In this document: positions 63,501 to 64,000 of the stretch, one piece after another | Numbering within the stretch: the first letter of the stretch is position 1 | Layout of the letters: each line of letters starts with the position of its first letter | Assembly: GCA_910584715.1 (NCBI GenBank) | Contig: CAJUAN010000010.1 | Coordinates: 13,496-77,495, forward strand | Direction: 5' to 3' | Length of the DNA: 64,000 nucleotides | From: an uncultured Oscillospiraceae bacterium | Lineage (GTDB): Bacteria; Bacillota; Clostridia; Oscillospirales; Ruminococcaceae | The notes under the pieces: generated by a model | Seen by the model: only the letters and a program-made list of their open reading frames with translations | Databases searched by the model: none | Told to the model about the DNA's origin: nothing | Made by a program: the position numbers and the translations under genes

Positions 63501-63556
63501 GCGGAAGTATCCGTACCGCACGCCCTACGGAACTGTGGACAGAAAGGTAGAAGTCT

Positions 63557-63883
63557 ATGGAAAATAGGAATTATAAAAATTTGGCATGGGGCTTTACCAT
63601 ACCGTCAATTATTTTAACAGCCCTTATGCTGCTCGGGATGAGCGCATCTGCTTCAAACATTGGCACGCTTTTGGCTTTTTTGTTTATCTTTGCGCTGTTG
63701 GCGCCGTTTTTTGCGCTGATAGTATTTCTGACACTGGGTCTAAGCATCTGCGGAATGATCTTCTCAATAAGCGCTGCCAGGCGGGGTTATCCTAAAAACT
63801 GCTTTCTGCCTCAGCTTATCCTGTCCGTAATATGCCTGGCTTTTAACGGGATAATGCTCTTTGTTTCGGTGCCATGGATTTAA
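63557..63883 (+). CDS. Small integral membrane protein (3 TM helices), unknown function
   Basis: 108-aa ORF, hydrophobic throughout. The RBS is weak (AAAGG). Confidence 0.5.
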   Translation: MENRNYKNLAWGFTIPSIILTALMLLGMSASASNIGTLLAFLFIFALLAPFFALIVFLTLGLSICGMIFSISAARRGYPKNCFLPQLILSVICLAFNGIMLFVSVPWI

Positions 63884-64000
63884 TGCGAAGGAGAGCTGCT
63901 TCTGTCTGCACATTTATCCGCAGCACATGGGGCTTCGACGCGGAGACCGTGTAGCCGGCAAAATTAAAAAAATTTTTACAAAACTTGACAATATTTTTAT

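Overview
This is a 64-kb chromosomal segment that looks like a Clostridia genome, possibly Oscillospiraceae/Ruminococcaceae-like. That placement is an inference from protein flavour, AGGAGG-type ribosome-binding sites, TTGACA-17-TATAAT promoters and lipoprotein-anchored glycoside hydrolases. I call 56 protein-coding genes. I recognise no rRNA, tRNA, CRISPR array, integrase or transposase.

Gene content in order:
- metY copy 1.
- LytTR regulator, MerR-fusion regulator and a sensor-less HPK10 kinase, followed by a heterodimeric ABC exporter.
- A small TIR-like orphan gene.
- An ECF sigma factor with a large membrane anti-sigma-like protein, plus two convergent paralogous secreted proteins.
- A Lys-rich protein and a GH4-like protein.
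- A 1389-aa cytoplasmic protein with about 12 helical repeats, a PH-like module and a C-terminal zinc ribbon.
- sufC-sufBD.
- A glycan-utilisation block: AraC, GH1, an orphan SBP, GH51, GH5 and GNAT.
- LMW-PTP, purB, a CYTH protein and metY copy 2.
- An 87-aa stand-alone NrdD-type glycyl-radical-motif protein, a lipoprotein, a radical-SAM + MazG pair and a TPR lipoprotein.
- A 13-kb co-directional minus-strand array: LRR lipoprotein, aroF-aroB-aroA-aroC, a membrane protein, DUF4364, a 3-gene ABC-2 transporter, a blasticidin-S-deaminase-like protein, an acidic secreted protein, MoxR and DUF58.
- coaX with an ECF S-component.
- GtrA, an FAD oxidoreductase and an AT-rich GT-C glycosyltransferase.
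- A metallophosphoesterase, a second orphan SBP, a PFK (PPi-type signature) and a second GH5.

Best candidates for something undescribed:
1. The RR/MerR-fusion/sensor-less kinase/ABC module at 1.8-8.7 kb.
2. The autonomous NrdD-type glycyl-radical mini-protein at 35.5 kb, with a nearby radical-SAM/MazG operon.
3. The giant repeat/zinc-ribbon protein at 16.9-21.1 kb.
4. The ABC-2 + deaminase-like unit joined to MoxR-DUF58 at 39.5-45.3 kb.
5. A structured, repeat-containing 230-bp non-coding island at 21.15-21.38 kb.

All calls come from reading the sequence and translations by eye. No database search was run.
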